From assembly GCA_043769975.1 (NCBI GenBank), contig JAYVIS010000044.1, forward strand, positions 1 to 52,441: a stretch of 52,441 nt of DNA. The letters are read 5' to 3'. The notes beneath the pieces are model-generated. The model saw only the letters and a list, made by a program, of their open reading frames with translations. It was not told where the DNA came from and did no database searches. The stretch is from Bacteroidota bacterium (GTDB lineage: Bacteria; Bacteroidota; Bacteroidia; B-17B0; Aurantibacillaceae). Below are positions 18,661-27,421 of this stretch, one piece after another (the stretch's first letter is position 1; every line of letters starts with the position of its first letter). The translations under genes were made by a program, and so were the position numbers.

Positions 18661-18726
18661 TTAAGAGTGAAAGTAAGCATTTTACCTATATCTATTAAGC
18701 ATTTTTGTGTATTTTTATATCTCTTT

Positions 18727-19758
18727 ATGATGAAGTTCTATATCAACGGTAAATTTTTATGTCAACAAAAAACAGGAGTTCAAGCCTATGCATTTGGTAT
18801 GCTTGATGCATTGTTGAAAGTTGGATTTGACTTCGTTGTTTTAGTGCCAAAATCCTTTGAAAACAAGTCTAATTTTTCGTTAAAAAGGATTGGTATAACC
18901 TCCAGTTTAACAATGTGGGAACAGGTTTCTTTGTACAATTTCATTCGTAAAGATAAAGATGCGATTCTTATTAACTTTTGTAATTCTGCCCCGTTATTTT
19001 TAAAAAACCAAGTAATTACGATTCATGATTTAGCTTTTGAGGTTAAAAATGTGAATTGGTTTTCTTATTTTTTTAAAACCTGGTACCGTTTTTTGATCCC
19101 ACGCATTTGTAATAATTCGAAATTAATTTTAACGATTTCTGAATTTTCAAAAAGAGAAATCTGTTTCAACTATCATATTAAAGTTAATAAAGTAAAAGTT
19201 ATTCCTAACGGGTTACCATTTATAACTGACATAGCAAAAGATAATAGTGGCAATAAATACCTTTTACTGATTGGTGGAAATAATCCTAGAAAAAACAATA
19301 ATTTTGTTTTAAATCAAATTTCAGCCATTGAAAATTTAGATTATTATGTTATTGTTTTGTCAAACAATACGTCAGTATTTATAAATAATTCTGAAACAAT
19401 TCATTCTTCTGTTCGTAATTTAAATTATATAGAGAATGATGATTATTATTCTTTAATTAGAAATGCTTCAGCATTAATTTACCCTTCTATTTATGAAGGT
19501 TTTGGAATCCCAATTTTAGAAGCGCTTTGTTTAAAAACACCAGTTATTTGTTCGGATTTACCTGTATTTAAAGAAAGTTTTGGCGAAGGGCCTATTTATT
19601 TCAAGAATAATGATACTAGTAGTTTTTTGGCTGCAATAAAAAAAATCGAGACTGCTAAAGTTTCTGAAGAATATGTTGAAAATCTTAAAAAAATCTATAA
19701 TTTTAAATCTTCAGCTAATTTGCTTATTAGTGAGCTAAAATGCCTTGAATCACAATGA
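18727..19758 (+). CDS. GT4-family glycosyltransferase (mannosyltransferase-like)
   Basis: PSIYEGFGIPILEALCLKTPVICSD motif. I prefer ATG 18727/18730 (MMKFYINGKF) over the track's GTG at 18667, which lies 7 nt from the divergent wzm start. Confidence 0.75.
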   Translation: MMKFYINGKFLCQQKTGVQAYAFGMLDALLKVGFDFVVLVPKSFENKSNFSLKRIGITSSLTMWEQVSLYNFIRKDKDAILINFCNSAPLFLKNQVITIHDLAFEVKNVNWFSYFFKTWYRFLIPRICNNSKLILTISEFSKREICFNYHIKVNKVKVIPNGLPFITDIAKDNSGNKYLLLIGGNNPRKNNNFVLNQISAIENLDYYVIVLSNNTSVFINNSETIHSSVRNLNYIENDDYYSLIRNASALIYPSIYEGFGIPILEALCLKTPVICSDLPVFKESFGEGPIYFKNNDTSSFLAAIKKIETAKVSEEYVENLKKIYNFKSSANLLISELKCLESQ

Positions 19759-20870
19759 AAATTGCAATAGTACACGATTGGTTTAATGATATTGGAGGTG
19801 CTGAAAAGGTGGTTCGTGAGATGTTTGTTTGCTATCCTGACGCTGACGTTTTTAGTTTGATTGACTTTTATGATTCAACGAAAAGAGAAAATTATTTGTT
19901 TAACAAAAAAGCACACACTACTTTTTTACAGTACATTCCATTTGCAAAAAAAATATATAGATTATTTTTTCCAATTTTCCCATATGCAATTGAAAGATTG
20001 AAATTGGATGATTATGATTTAATAATTTCTTCTTCTAGTTGTGTTGCAAAAGGAATAAAAAAAAGAAAGAACCAATTGCATATTTGTTATTGTCATAGCC
20101 CTGTTAGGTATGCTTGGGATCTTCGTGCAGATTATCTTGCAGCAATTAACAATAAAGTTATTAAAACTGTATTTAATTATTTTTTAAATCGACTTCAAAA
20201 ATGGGATTTGAAAAATAATGCTGGCGTAGATTATTTTATTGCAAATTCAAAAAATGTAAAACTTAGAATCAAAAACAATTATAATCGTGAGTCTGTAGTG
20301 ATTTACCCACCAGTTAATATAGATTTATTTAGTGTTAATGAAGTAAAGGAAGACTACTATTTTACAGTTTCTCGTTTAGTAGCCTATAAAAAAACGGAAT
20401 TAATTATTAGGGCATTCGCAAATTTTCCACATCTTACTTTATTAGTTGCAGGAGAGGGGCCTAATAAGAAAAAATTAATCGATATGTCACCTAATAATGT
20501 AAAAATACTAGGATTTCTTAGTACAGAAGTCTTAAGAGAAAAAATATCTAAAGCCAAAGCTTTTATTGCGAACGCAAATGAAGATTTTGGTATTACAATA
20601 GTAGAAGCACAGGCCGCAGGAACTCCAATTATTGTTCCTTTTATAGGTGGTTATAAAGAATCTGTTAATGAATTAACCGGTTTGTTTTTCGAAGGCCAAA
20701 CTGTTGAAGAAATTACAAAAGCAATATCGCAATTTGAAAGTAACAAAAAGATGTTTAACAAAATTGATTTTGTTCAAAACACCAAACGTTTCGACAAGGC
20801 TAGATTTCACAGAGAATTCAAAAAATTTGTAGATGATAAAATTTTAATTTACAAAACAAAAAATGGATAA
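19755..20870 (+). CDS. GT4-family glycosyltransferase
   Basis: MKIAIVHDWF...NEDFGITIVEAQAAGTPIIV. ATGA overlap with the upstream GT4 gene. Confidence 0.8.
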   Translation: MKIAIVHDWFNDIGGAEKVVREMFVCYPDADVFSLIDFYDSTKRENYLFNKKAHTTFLQYIPFAKKIYRLFFPIFPYAIERLKLDDYDLIISSSSCVAKGIKKRKNQLHICYCHSPVRYAWDLRADYLAAINNKVIKTVFNYFLNRLQKWDLKNNAGVDYFIANSKNVKLRIKNNYNRESVVIYPPVNIDLFSVNEVKEDYYFTVSRLVAYKKTELIIRAFANFPHLTLLVAGEGPNKKKLIDMSPNNVKILGFLSTEVLREKISKAKAFIANANEDFGITIVEAQAAGTPIIVPFIGGYKESVNELTGLFFEGQTVEEITKAISQFESNKKMFNKIDFVQNTKRFDKARFHREFKKFVDDKILIYKTKNG

Positions 20871-22101
20871 GTTAAGCTTATACACTCAGCGATATAGAGA
20901 CTTTTGTTTTATTTTTTTATTTACATTTCCTATTTTTTCGTTAAAGATTGTTACAATAAGTTTTGTTGTTTTTTCTGTTTTAACACTTCTTCTTTTTTTT
21001 ATCGAAAGGCCTAAGTTCATAAAGAAGGATTTATTTTTTTACCTCTTGTTTATTTTACCATTTCTTCCCTATTTGTTTGAATATTGTTTTTTTTCAGACA
21101 ATCCTGTGATTAGGTTTGAGCTTGAAAAGAAAATTTTATTTTTTATTACTCCTGTTATTTTTTATATAAGTTCGTTATTAGGCAAACCGTTGAGTTATTT
21201 TTCAGCATTAAAAACGTATGTAATTTCAGTTTCAATTTTTTCCGTTTGTTATTTCATTATTTTATTTTTCTCAGGCATTATGTTTTCAAATAATGCCTAT
21301 TTAAATGGTTCATATGAATTGAGAACCTTTTTTGAAAACATTTCAGGATTGCATCCTACTTATTATGGCTTGTTTAGCACGACGGCATCACTTTTTATTG
21401 TTTTTTATTTTCATAAATTTTCGCGAAATATCAAATTAATTTTAGTGTTTTTTCTATTTTTTAATGTTTTATTAGGATTTTTAATTGCTTCTAAAATGCC
21501 GTTAATTATTTTAATTTTTGGATTATTTTATTTGGCTTATTTTAAATCAAAATCGAAACTCCAATTTGGAGGAATAGTTTTAGTAATTTTAAGTTGCCTA
21601 TTTTTTCTTTCAAATATTCTTCCATCATTTCATAGTAGAGTATTGGAAACAATAAGTTTTTATTCAAATCCTGGAATAAACAATACGTTAATAGAACGTA
21701 ATGCCATTTTGTTTTGCAGTAAAGCTGTTTTTTGGCAAGATTTTTTTACCGGTGTTGGCGCAAGAAATTCTCAATTTCTATTGGATTATTGTTATTTATA
21801 TTTTGGGTTTAATAAAGGTTTTGTGTCACATTTTAATTCACATAATCAATTCTTAACTCTTGGCATTTCGTATGGTATTGGTGTTGTTTTCCTTTTTGTT
21901 AGTTTGTTTGGAATAGTGTTCTACAAACTGAGGCATAATACCGCTGCGGTTATTTTTCTATTTTCATCATTTGTAATTATGCTAACAGAATCTATTCTTG
22001 AAAGGCAAATTGGAATTTATTTTTTCTTGTTTTTAGGCTTACTCTTTTTACAGGCTGTTAAGAAAGCAAATAATCATTCTGTTTTAAGCAACACAAGATA
22101 A
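20863..22101 (+). CDS. O-antigen ligase/polymerase-like (Wzy_C-type) polytopic membrane protein
   Basis: 412 aa, about 10 helices. Loop with SHFNSHNQFLTLGISYGIGV resembles the conserved His region of the O-antigen ligase family. Confidence 0.65.
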   Translation: MDKLSLYTQRYRDFCFIFLFTFPIFSLKIVTISFVVFSVLTLLLFFIERPKFIKKDLFFYLLFILPFLPYLFEYCFFSDNPVIRFELEKKILFFITPVIFYISSLLGKPLSYFSALKTYVISVSIFSVCYFIILFFSGIMFSNNAYLNGSYELRTFFENISGLHPTYYGLFSTTASLFIVFYFHKFSRNIKLILVFFLFFNVLLGFLIASKMPLIILIFGLFYLAYFKSKSKLQFGGIVLVILSCLFFLSNILPSFHSRVLETISFYSNPGINNTLIERNAILFCSKAVFWQDFFTGVGARNSQFLLDYCYLYFGFNKGFVSHFNSHNQFLTLGISYGIGVVFLFVSLFGIVFYKLRHNTAAVIFLFSSFVIMLTESILERQIGIYFFLFLGLLFLQAVKKANNHSVLSNTR

Positions 22102-22109
22102 GTTGATTA

Positions 22110-25109
22110 TTATTCTACTACCAATTTTTTAGTTAATTCTCTATTTGATAAATGAAATTTTATCAGATAGATTCCTTTGCTTAATTGTAATTGGTCGCAG
22201 TTAATTTCAGTCGTATTTATTCCATCAGTTATATTTAGAGTTTTTTCTTCAATTAATTTCCCATGCATATCAGATAAAGTATAATACAGCTTCTCGTTTT
22301 TGCTGGCTATCAATCTAATCGTTGTTATGTTGGTTGTTGGATTAGGATAAATTGATAATTGATTTAGGATGCTGGCTTCGTTTATTCCTGTAGGTGTTAG
22401 ATACAATATTCCATCACTAACTGTGCTATCACTCATAAGGCCAGCGCCATTAATTGATTTAACTGAAATGTAATATTTTTGATTATTAATTAATGTTAAT
22501 CCCAATTCTGAAGAGCTAGTACTTAAGCCGTTGGTTGTCCAGTTTATTATCTCTTTTCCTCCAGCAGTTGTGCCAATTGAATAAAAGTAATTTGTTACCC
22601 CTGAATTTGTATCTTTTGCTGTAGTGTAATTCAAGTCTAATTGAGAGCTAACGAATGTTGTATCAAAGTCAACAGTCAAGCCATCATTTATAATATTAGA
22701 TTTTATTGGAGCTGTCCAATCAACATCAACTAAGTTAGAATTAATAAGAGAAAAATTATCGGCAATATCTTTAGTAATGCTACTTATTTTTCCTGAGGAA
22801 ATACTTGGACTTATGTTTTCGTTTCGTAAATCATTTGAAATTGCATTTCCAACCAATAAAGTATTTGATGCCGCTCTTGATCTAAATACTTTAAAATCAT
22901 CAATTGTAAATTTACTATTACCACTTCTGAATGAAACGCCAATACCGCTTGTAAAAGGTGTTGGATCTATCCATGATGTTACAAAAATATTATTTACCCA
23001 TAATTTTAGTTCCCCACTAATCCTATCAAAGGTTATTTTGTAATCGTAAGTTACGTTCGGTACAATTGTAAAACTAACGGTTTGTACTATGTTAAGTGTG
23101 TTTGATATTACTTCGTATAATTCAATTGTTCCCTGATCTGGTCGCATCCAAACTAAATAACTATTTCCTCTATTTGTTAAACTAGGTGCATCACTAAAAA
23201 TGTGTATTCCCGCTCTGCGGTTTACTCCTGCGCCACTTATATTTCCTTTAAAATTATATAAATATCGATTTGATAAACTTTGTGTTACTGTTGCATAAAG
23301 ATTTGTATTGCCATTTGCATCATCTGTTTGTGTTAATGAACTAGAGCTTATGCTCCATATTCCAGAAGCATTTGTCCAATCACTATTAATTGATGTTGTA
23401 TTAAAATCATCATTAAAAAATCCTCTTACACCATTTGCTCTCCAATCAATGCCGTTGTAATAAGTGGGTTGATAGAAACTTTTTTCAATCCCAACACCAC
23501 CAATATTATCCGCATCTGTATATGTTGCGGTAAAATTTTGTGTAATCCATCCACTTGGCACGTTAACTTGAGTAGTTGGACTCGTATTATCACTTATACA
23601 ATTCCAAATAGCCTTAAAACCTGGTCTATTTGTAGTTGCGTTTGATTTAAACCTTAGTGTAATAGAAGGATTTGTTGAATTAACAATCCCAGGACTTACT
23701 GTTCCAGTATAAGCGCCTAATAATGGCGAGCTAGTACTTGGCCCATCAAATAAATATAAAGAGTCTGTGCCAGCTTGTAAGTCAAATTGACTAAATATTA
23801 ATCTGACCTTACTAGCGCCATCAGGAGAAATTGTATAAGCATAACTTTCATTATCATAATGATTTCTAGTTGGGCCACCCATATCATAAATACTATCCGT
23901 GCATGATACAGTTGCACATGTAGAAAACTTATCTTTTATAGCTTGCCAATAATCAGTGTAACCGTTGTCGTATCCAAGTGCCCATATGCCTATTCCGCCT
24001 ATGCCACGTTGATTTACCAGATCGAATTTTCTGCGCATGCTATATGCATCATCAACGAAACACTGCCTGTTTAATCCACCACTTAAATATGAATAATACG
24101 GATTAAAGCTGTTGTTTTCCCAACGTTTATTTCCTAAAGAATATGTTGTTGGATTGTTTCTCACATAGGCATATGTTCTAGATGCTGTAAATCCTCCTGT
24201 AGTATTTGATGGAGCTGTGCTTCCAACCGTTTCCCATTCTCTTCCATACCATGGTAAACCAAGTAGTAATTTAGATTTTGTTGCCCCTAAATTTAAATAG
24301 TAGGTAATTGATTTCGACAAGGTGTAATTGTAGGTTGTCTGAAAATTGTATAATGGAGCTTCTGGACCCGCTTGCGCTGAGCCTGAATAGTAATAATCAT
24401 AACCCATAATAATAAAGTTATCTACAACTGCATTTAATGCCGGTATATCAAAAGTGGAACTCCAATCTACAGCATAAAGTGCCATTGTAACCTTATAACT
24501 TGGGTTTGCAGCATGTACTTGATTACACAAGTTTATCATAAAATTTTTAAATGGAATTTTATCAGCAGCTCCCATTCCTTCAAAATCAATATTAATTCCT
24601 TTTCCTCCTCTAGTGGTTAGTAAATTTATGGCATTTAAAATAAACGTATTCTGTGCGGATGCACTTGCCCAAAAGGTTGAATGCCCGCTAAACATAGTGG
24701 CGCAAAAATGTGCGTTTACACTATTGCTAATTGCTGCTGTTACGGCAGCACTGGTTGCCCAGGCAAATGATGTATTTGTATTATTGCCGGTTGTTGGACT
24801 TACTGTATAGTCAAAATAAACTAATTCACTAAGCATACTCCAGTCATAGCTTGTATAAACAGAACCAACCCAATACGGATGCCATCCGTATACTTTTTTT
24901 GTCAAATTGCAACTTGCGGTTGGTGCAGAACTTAGTTTTGAAAAAGACTGTGGTGCTGTATTGTTTTCAATAGTTGATAAACTATCCCACTGCGCATCAC
25001 TTTTGAAATTGAAATTTTTATAATGCAGGCTTTGTTCTTCAATGATAGATTGCGATTGTGAAAACCCGAGAGTTGAATAAAAAGCAAGAAGGATAATTTT
25101 TTTAAACAT
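22110..25109 (-). CDS. T9SS-sorted multidomain glycoside hydrolase: GH18 + CUB-like + LamG/concanavalin-like + Ig-like + type-A CTD
   Basis: Signal peptide. GH18 catalytic strand KGINIDFEGM (D-x-E retained). CUB-like segment YDNESYAYTISPDGASKVRLIFSQFDLQAGTDSLYLFDGPSTSSPLLGAYTG...GFKAIW. C-terminal LSIYPNPTTNITTI...IYLIKF...KLVVE. Confidence 0.75.
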   Translation of the reverse strand: MFKKIILLAFYSTLGFSQSQSIIEEQSLHYKNFNFKSDAQWDSLSTIENNTAPQSFSKLSSAPTASCNLTKKVYGWHPYWVGSVYTSYDWSMLSELVYFDYTVSPTTGNNTNTSFAWATSAAVTAAISNSVNAHFCATMFSGHSTFWASASAQNTFILNAINLLTTRGGKGINIDFEGMGAADKIPFKNFMINLCNQVHAANPSYKVTMALYAVDWSSTFDIPALNAVVDNFIIMGYDYYYSGSAQAGPEAPLYNFQTTYNYTLSKSITYYLNLGATKSKLLLGLPWYGREWETVGSTAPSNTTGGFTASRTYAYVRNNPTTYSLGNKRWENNSFNPYYSYLSGGLNRQCFVDDAYSMRRKFDLVNQRGIGGIGIWALGYDNGYTDYWQAIKDKFSTCATVSCTDSIYDMGGPTRNHYDNESYAYTISPDGASKVRLIFSQFDLQAGTDSLYLFDGPSTSSPLLGAYTGTVSPGIVNSTNPSITLRFKSNATTNRPGFKAIWNCISDNTSPTTQVNVPSGWITQNFTATYTDADNIGGVGIEKSFYQPTYYNGIDWRANGVRGFFNDDFNTTSINSDWTNASGIWSISSSSLTQTDDANGNTNLYATVTQSLSNRYLYNFKGNISGAGVNRRAGIHIFSDAPSLTNRGNSYLVWMRPDQGTIELYEVISNTLNIVQTVSFTIVPNVTYDYKITFDRISGELKLWVNNIFVTSWIDPTPFTSGIGVSFRSGNSKFTIDDFKVFRSRAASNTLLVGNAISNDLRNENISPSISSGKISSITKDIADNFSLINSNLVDVDWTAPIKSNIINDGLTVDFDTTFVSSQLDLNYTTAKDTNSGVTNYFYSIGTTAGGKEIINWTTNGLSTSSSELGLTLINNQKYYISVKSINGAGLMSDSTVSDGILYLTPTGINEASILNQLSIYPNPTTNITTIRLIASKNEKLYYTLSDMHGKLIEEKTLNITDGINTTEINCDQLQLSKGIYLIKFHLSNRELTKKLVVE

Positions 25110-25138
25110 GTTGAATGAATTTGGTTAGTGAATATAAT

Positions 25139-25169
25139 AAAAAAAGCCATCTATTTATAATAGACAGCT
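25139..25169 (-). terminator. Rho-independent terminator after rpmH
   Basis: On the minus strand, AGCUGUCUAU-UAUAA-AUAGAUGGCU (10 bp stem with two G-U pairs) is followed by a U7 run, 34 nt after the rpmH stop. Confidence 0.55.
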
Positions 25170-25202
25170 TTTAAAATATTCCTAAAAGGCTTTAGCGGCC
25201 CG

Positions 25203-25358
25203 TTATTTATGTGTTTTTTCGCTAGATACAGTTAATTTCTTTCTGCCTTTTGCTCTACGGTGTGCAATAACTCTGCGTCCGTTTGCAGAAGCCATACGCT
25301 CACGAAATCCGTGTTTGTTTTTTCTTTTACGTTGCGATGGTTGGAAGGTACGTTTCAT
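25203..25358 (-). CDS. rpmH: 50S ribosomal protein L34
   Basis: Own translation: [51 protein letters not shown] (51 aa). Canonical L34 sequence. Below the ORF-track length cut-off. Confidence 0.95.
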   Translation of the reverse strand: MKRTFQPSQRKRKNKHGFRERMASANGRRVIAHRRAKGRKKLTVSSEKTHK

Positions 25359-25403
25359 GGTGTTATATATTTAAAATATGTTGTTATTATCAAAAATGGA
25401 GTG

Positions 25404-25411
25404 CAAATATA
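25404..25411 (-). promoter_or_regulatory. -7 promoter box TATATTTG for rpmH
   Basis: Plus-strand caaatata is TATATTTG on the minus strand, 45 nt upstream of the rpmH ATG. Confidence 0.5.
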
Positions 25412-25494
25412 ATGGAATTTTATATTCTAGCAAATTTTTTTATTAAGATATCCTTAAATTTTATCAATTTTCTTATTTTAATTTCTTAAAAGAC

Positions 25495-25502
25495 TACCTT
25501 TG
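25495..25502 (+). promoter_or_regulatory. -7 promoter box TACCTTTG for the ABC exporter gene
   Basis: Perfect TAnnTTTG, 21 nt upstream of ATG 25524. Its TTG is the alternative start used by the ORF track at 25500. Confidence 0.6.
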
Positions 25503-25523
25503 CATCCAAATTTAAGGAAAATA

Positions 25524-27353
25524 ATGGCAAAAGCTACTGGTGTAAAACATAAATCTAAAGACGAACTTCCAAAAGCAAAGCTTTCTAAAGAAAATTTCAA
25601 AAAATCATTCCGTTTATTCAGTTATTTAGGCAAAAGCAAATGGATTTTTGTATTAGGAATGGTTTTCGTTGCTGGAACAGCTGCTGTTGGATTATATTTT
25701 CCTATTGTTGCGGGTAAGATGTATGGTTATATGGGACAACTTGGGATGTCTAACAGTATTTTTAAGGATTCTGTTTCAGGTACAGGCAAAGAGCTGTTTA
25801 TTTTGTTAGTTATTCAGGGATTAGTATCATTCGGCAGAGTTTATACCTTTTCCATTGTAACTGAAAATATATTAAAAGGTTTAAGAACGGATACCTTTAA
25901 TAAATTGGTTCAAATGCCCATGAGTTTTTTCTCAAAAAATCAAGTGGCTGATTTGAGTAGTAGATTATCAACAGATATTAATGTGATTTCTGAAGCTTTT
26001 ACAGTAAATATTGCAGAAGTGATTCGCCAAACAATTGTAGGTGTTGGTGGTGTAATTCTGCTTGTGTATTTTACAGGATGGGATGTTGCAAAATGGTTTT
26101 TGGTTATTATTCCACCTATAACAGTTGTTGCTATTTTGTATGGAAAAAAAATTAGGGGTTATTCAAAAGCATTACAAGATAAGATTTCTGAATCCAGTGT
26201 TATTGTATCTGAGGCTTTAACAGGAATTACAAGTGTAAAAGCATTTACTAATGAGCATATAGAAATTGGAAAATATGATAGGGTAACAAATGATATAAGA
26301 AAATTTGGAATTAAATATGGAATAATGAGAGGTGCTTTTTTTGCATTTATCATCATGTGTATTTTTGGGTCTATCTTTTTTATTTTGTACAAAATGTTAT
26401 TGTTAATGAAGTCTGGAGTTTTAGAACCAGAAGAATTTGGAATTTTTATGATGTTATCCTTATTTGTTGCTGGTTCGTTAGGAGGTTTGCCAGAGCAACT
26501 TGCTTCTATTCAAAGAGCTTTAGGCGCAACTGATAGAGTGTTTGAAATTATTGATGATAGAAATGAAGAAATAAACCTAGCTTTTTCTTCAAATGACAAT
26601 AGTAAAAGAGTAAAAGGCGATTTAGAATTCAAAAACATTCAATTTACCTATCCAACTCGACCAGATTTTGAGGTATTAAAAAATATTTCATTTAGTGCAA
26701 AGGCAGGTGAAACTATCGCTTTGGTTGGAAGTAGTGGAAGTGGAAAATCTACATTAGCATCGCTGGCATTACGCTTTTATGAACCAAATGGAGGAGAATA
26801 TATTATTGATGGAAAAAAATCAACCGATTTTGAGTTAACAGAGTTGCGTGATCAAATGGCCATTGTGCCTCAAGATGTTTTATTATTTGGTGGAACTATA
26901 AAAGAAAATATTTTATATGGTAAACCAAACGCAACAGAGCTTGAAGTTATTGAAGCTTCAAAACAGGCGAATGCTTATGATTTTATTATGAGTTTTCCTG
27001 ATAAGTTCGAAACATTAGTTGGTGATAGAGGAATTCAATTGTCGGGTGGCCAACGCCAGCGTGTTGCTATTGCAAGGGCTGTATTAAAAAACCCTTCCAT
27101 TTTAATTTTAGATGAGGCTACAAGCAGTTTGGATAGTGAGAGCGAACGTTTAGTTCAGGAAGCACTTGATAAATTAATGGTTGGCCGAACATCGATTGTA
27201 ATTGCTCATCGTTTATCAACAATCAGAAATGCGGATAAAATAGTGGTTTTACAAAAAGGCGAAGTTTTGGAAATTGGAAATCATCAAGAGCTAATTAGTA
27301 ATGAAGCTGGTTTATATCATAAGTTAAGTAGATTGCAATTTGAGTTAAATTAA
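25524..27353 (+). CDS. ABC exporter, fused permease/ATPase (MsbA/MdlB-like)
   Basis: Six-helix TMD followed by an NBD with GSSGSGKST, LSGGQRQR and ILILDEATS. Start moved to ATG 25524 (MAKATGVKHK). Confidence 0.88.
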   Translation: MAKATGVKHKSKDELPKAKLSKENFKKSFRLFSYLGKSKWIFVLGMVFVAGTAAVGLYFPIVAGKMYGYMGQLGMSNSIFKDSVSGTGKELFILLVIQGLVSFGRVYTFSIVTENILKGLRTDTFNKLVQMPMSFFSKNQVADLSSRLSTDINVISEAFTVNIAEVIRQTIVGVGGVILLVYFTGWDVAKWFLVIIPPITVVAILYGKKIRGYSKALQDKISESSVIVSEALTGITSVKAFTNEHIEIGKYDRVTNDIRKFGIKYGIMRGAFFAFIIMCIFGSIFFILYKMLLLMKSGVLEPEEFGIFMMLSLFVAGSLGGLPEQLASIQRALGATDRVFEIIDDRNEEINLAFSSNDNSKRVKGDLEFKNIQFTYPTRPDFEVLKNISFSAKAGETIALVGSSGSGKSTLASLALRFYEPNGGEYIIDGKKSTDFELTELRDQMAIVPQDVLLFGGTIKENILYGKPNATELEVIEASKQANAYDFIMSFPDKFETLVGDRGIQLSGGQRQRVAIARAVLKNPSILILDEATSSLDSESERLVQEALDKLMVGRTSIVIAHRLSTIRNADKIVVLQKGEVLEIGNHQELISNEAGLYHKLSRLQFELN

Positions 27354-27364
27354 AAAATATAGTT

Positions 27365-27397
27365 AAAAAAAAGAGCCTCTAATTTGAGGCTCTTTTT
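27365..27397. terminator. Bidirectional rho-independent terminator
   Basis: A8, then stem agagcctc (27372-27379), 6 nt loop, stem gaggctct (27386-27393), then a T run. Lies between convergent genes. Confidence 0.8.
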
Positions 27398-27421
27398 ATT
27401 TAATGAAGTTTGCTTAAGGTT

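Noticed and set aside
18661-18726. Divergent promoters in the 66 bp wzm/GT4 intergenic region
   Set aside because: Only one-mismatch approximations to TAnnTTTG are present (e.g. CATTTTTG). That is not strong enough to annotate.
25110-25202. Expected rnpA (RNase P protein) downstream of rpmH, as in many bacteria
   Set aside because: The region is only 93 nt and contains a terminator, and the next gene is the GH18 protein. rnpA is simply not linked here, which is common in Bacteroidota.
24932-25489. ORFs 24932-25150 (minus) and 25283-25489 (plus)
   Set aside because: The first is an out-of-frame overlap of the GH18 N-terminus and the rpmH terminator. The second is antisense to rpmH and spans two promoters. 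rpmH explains the region.
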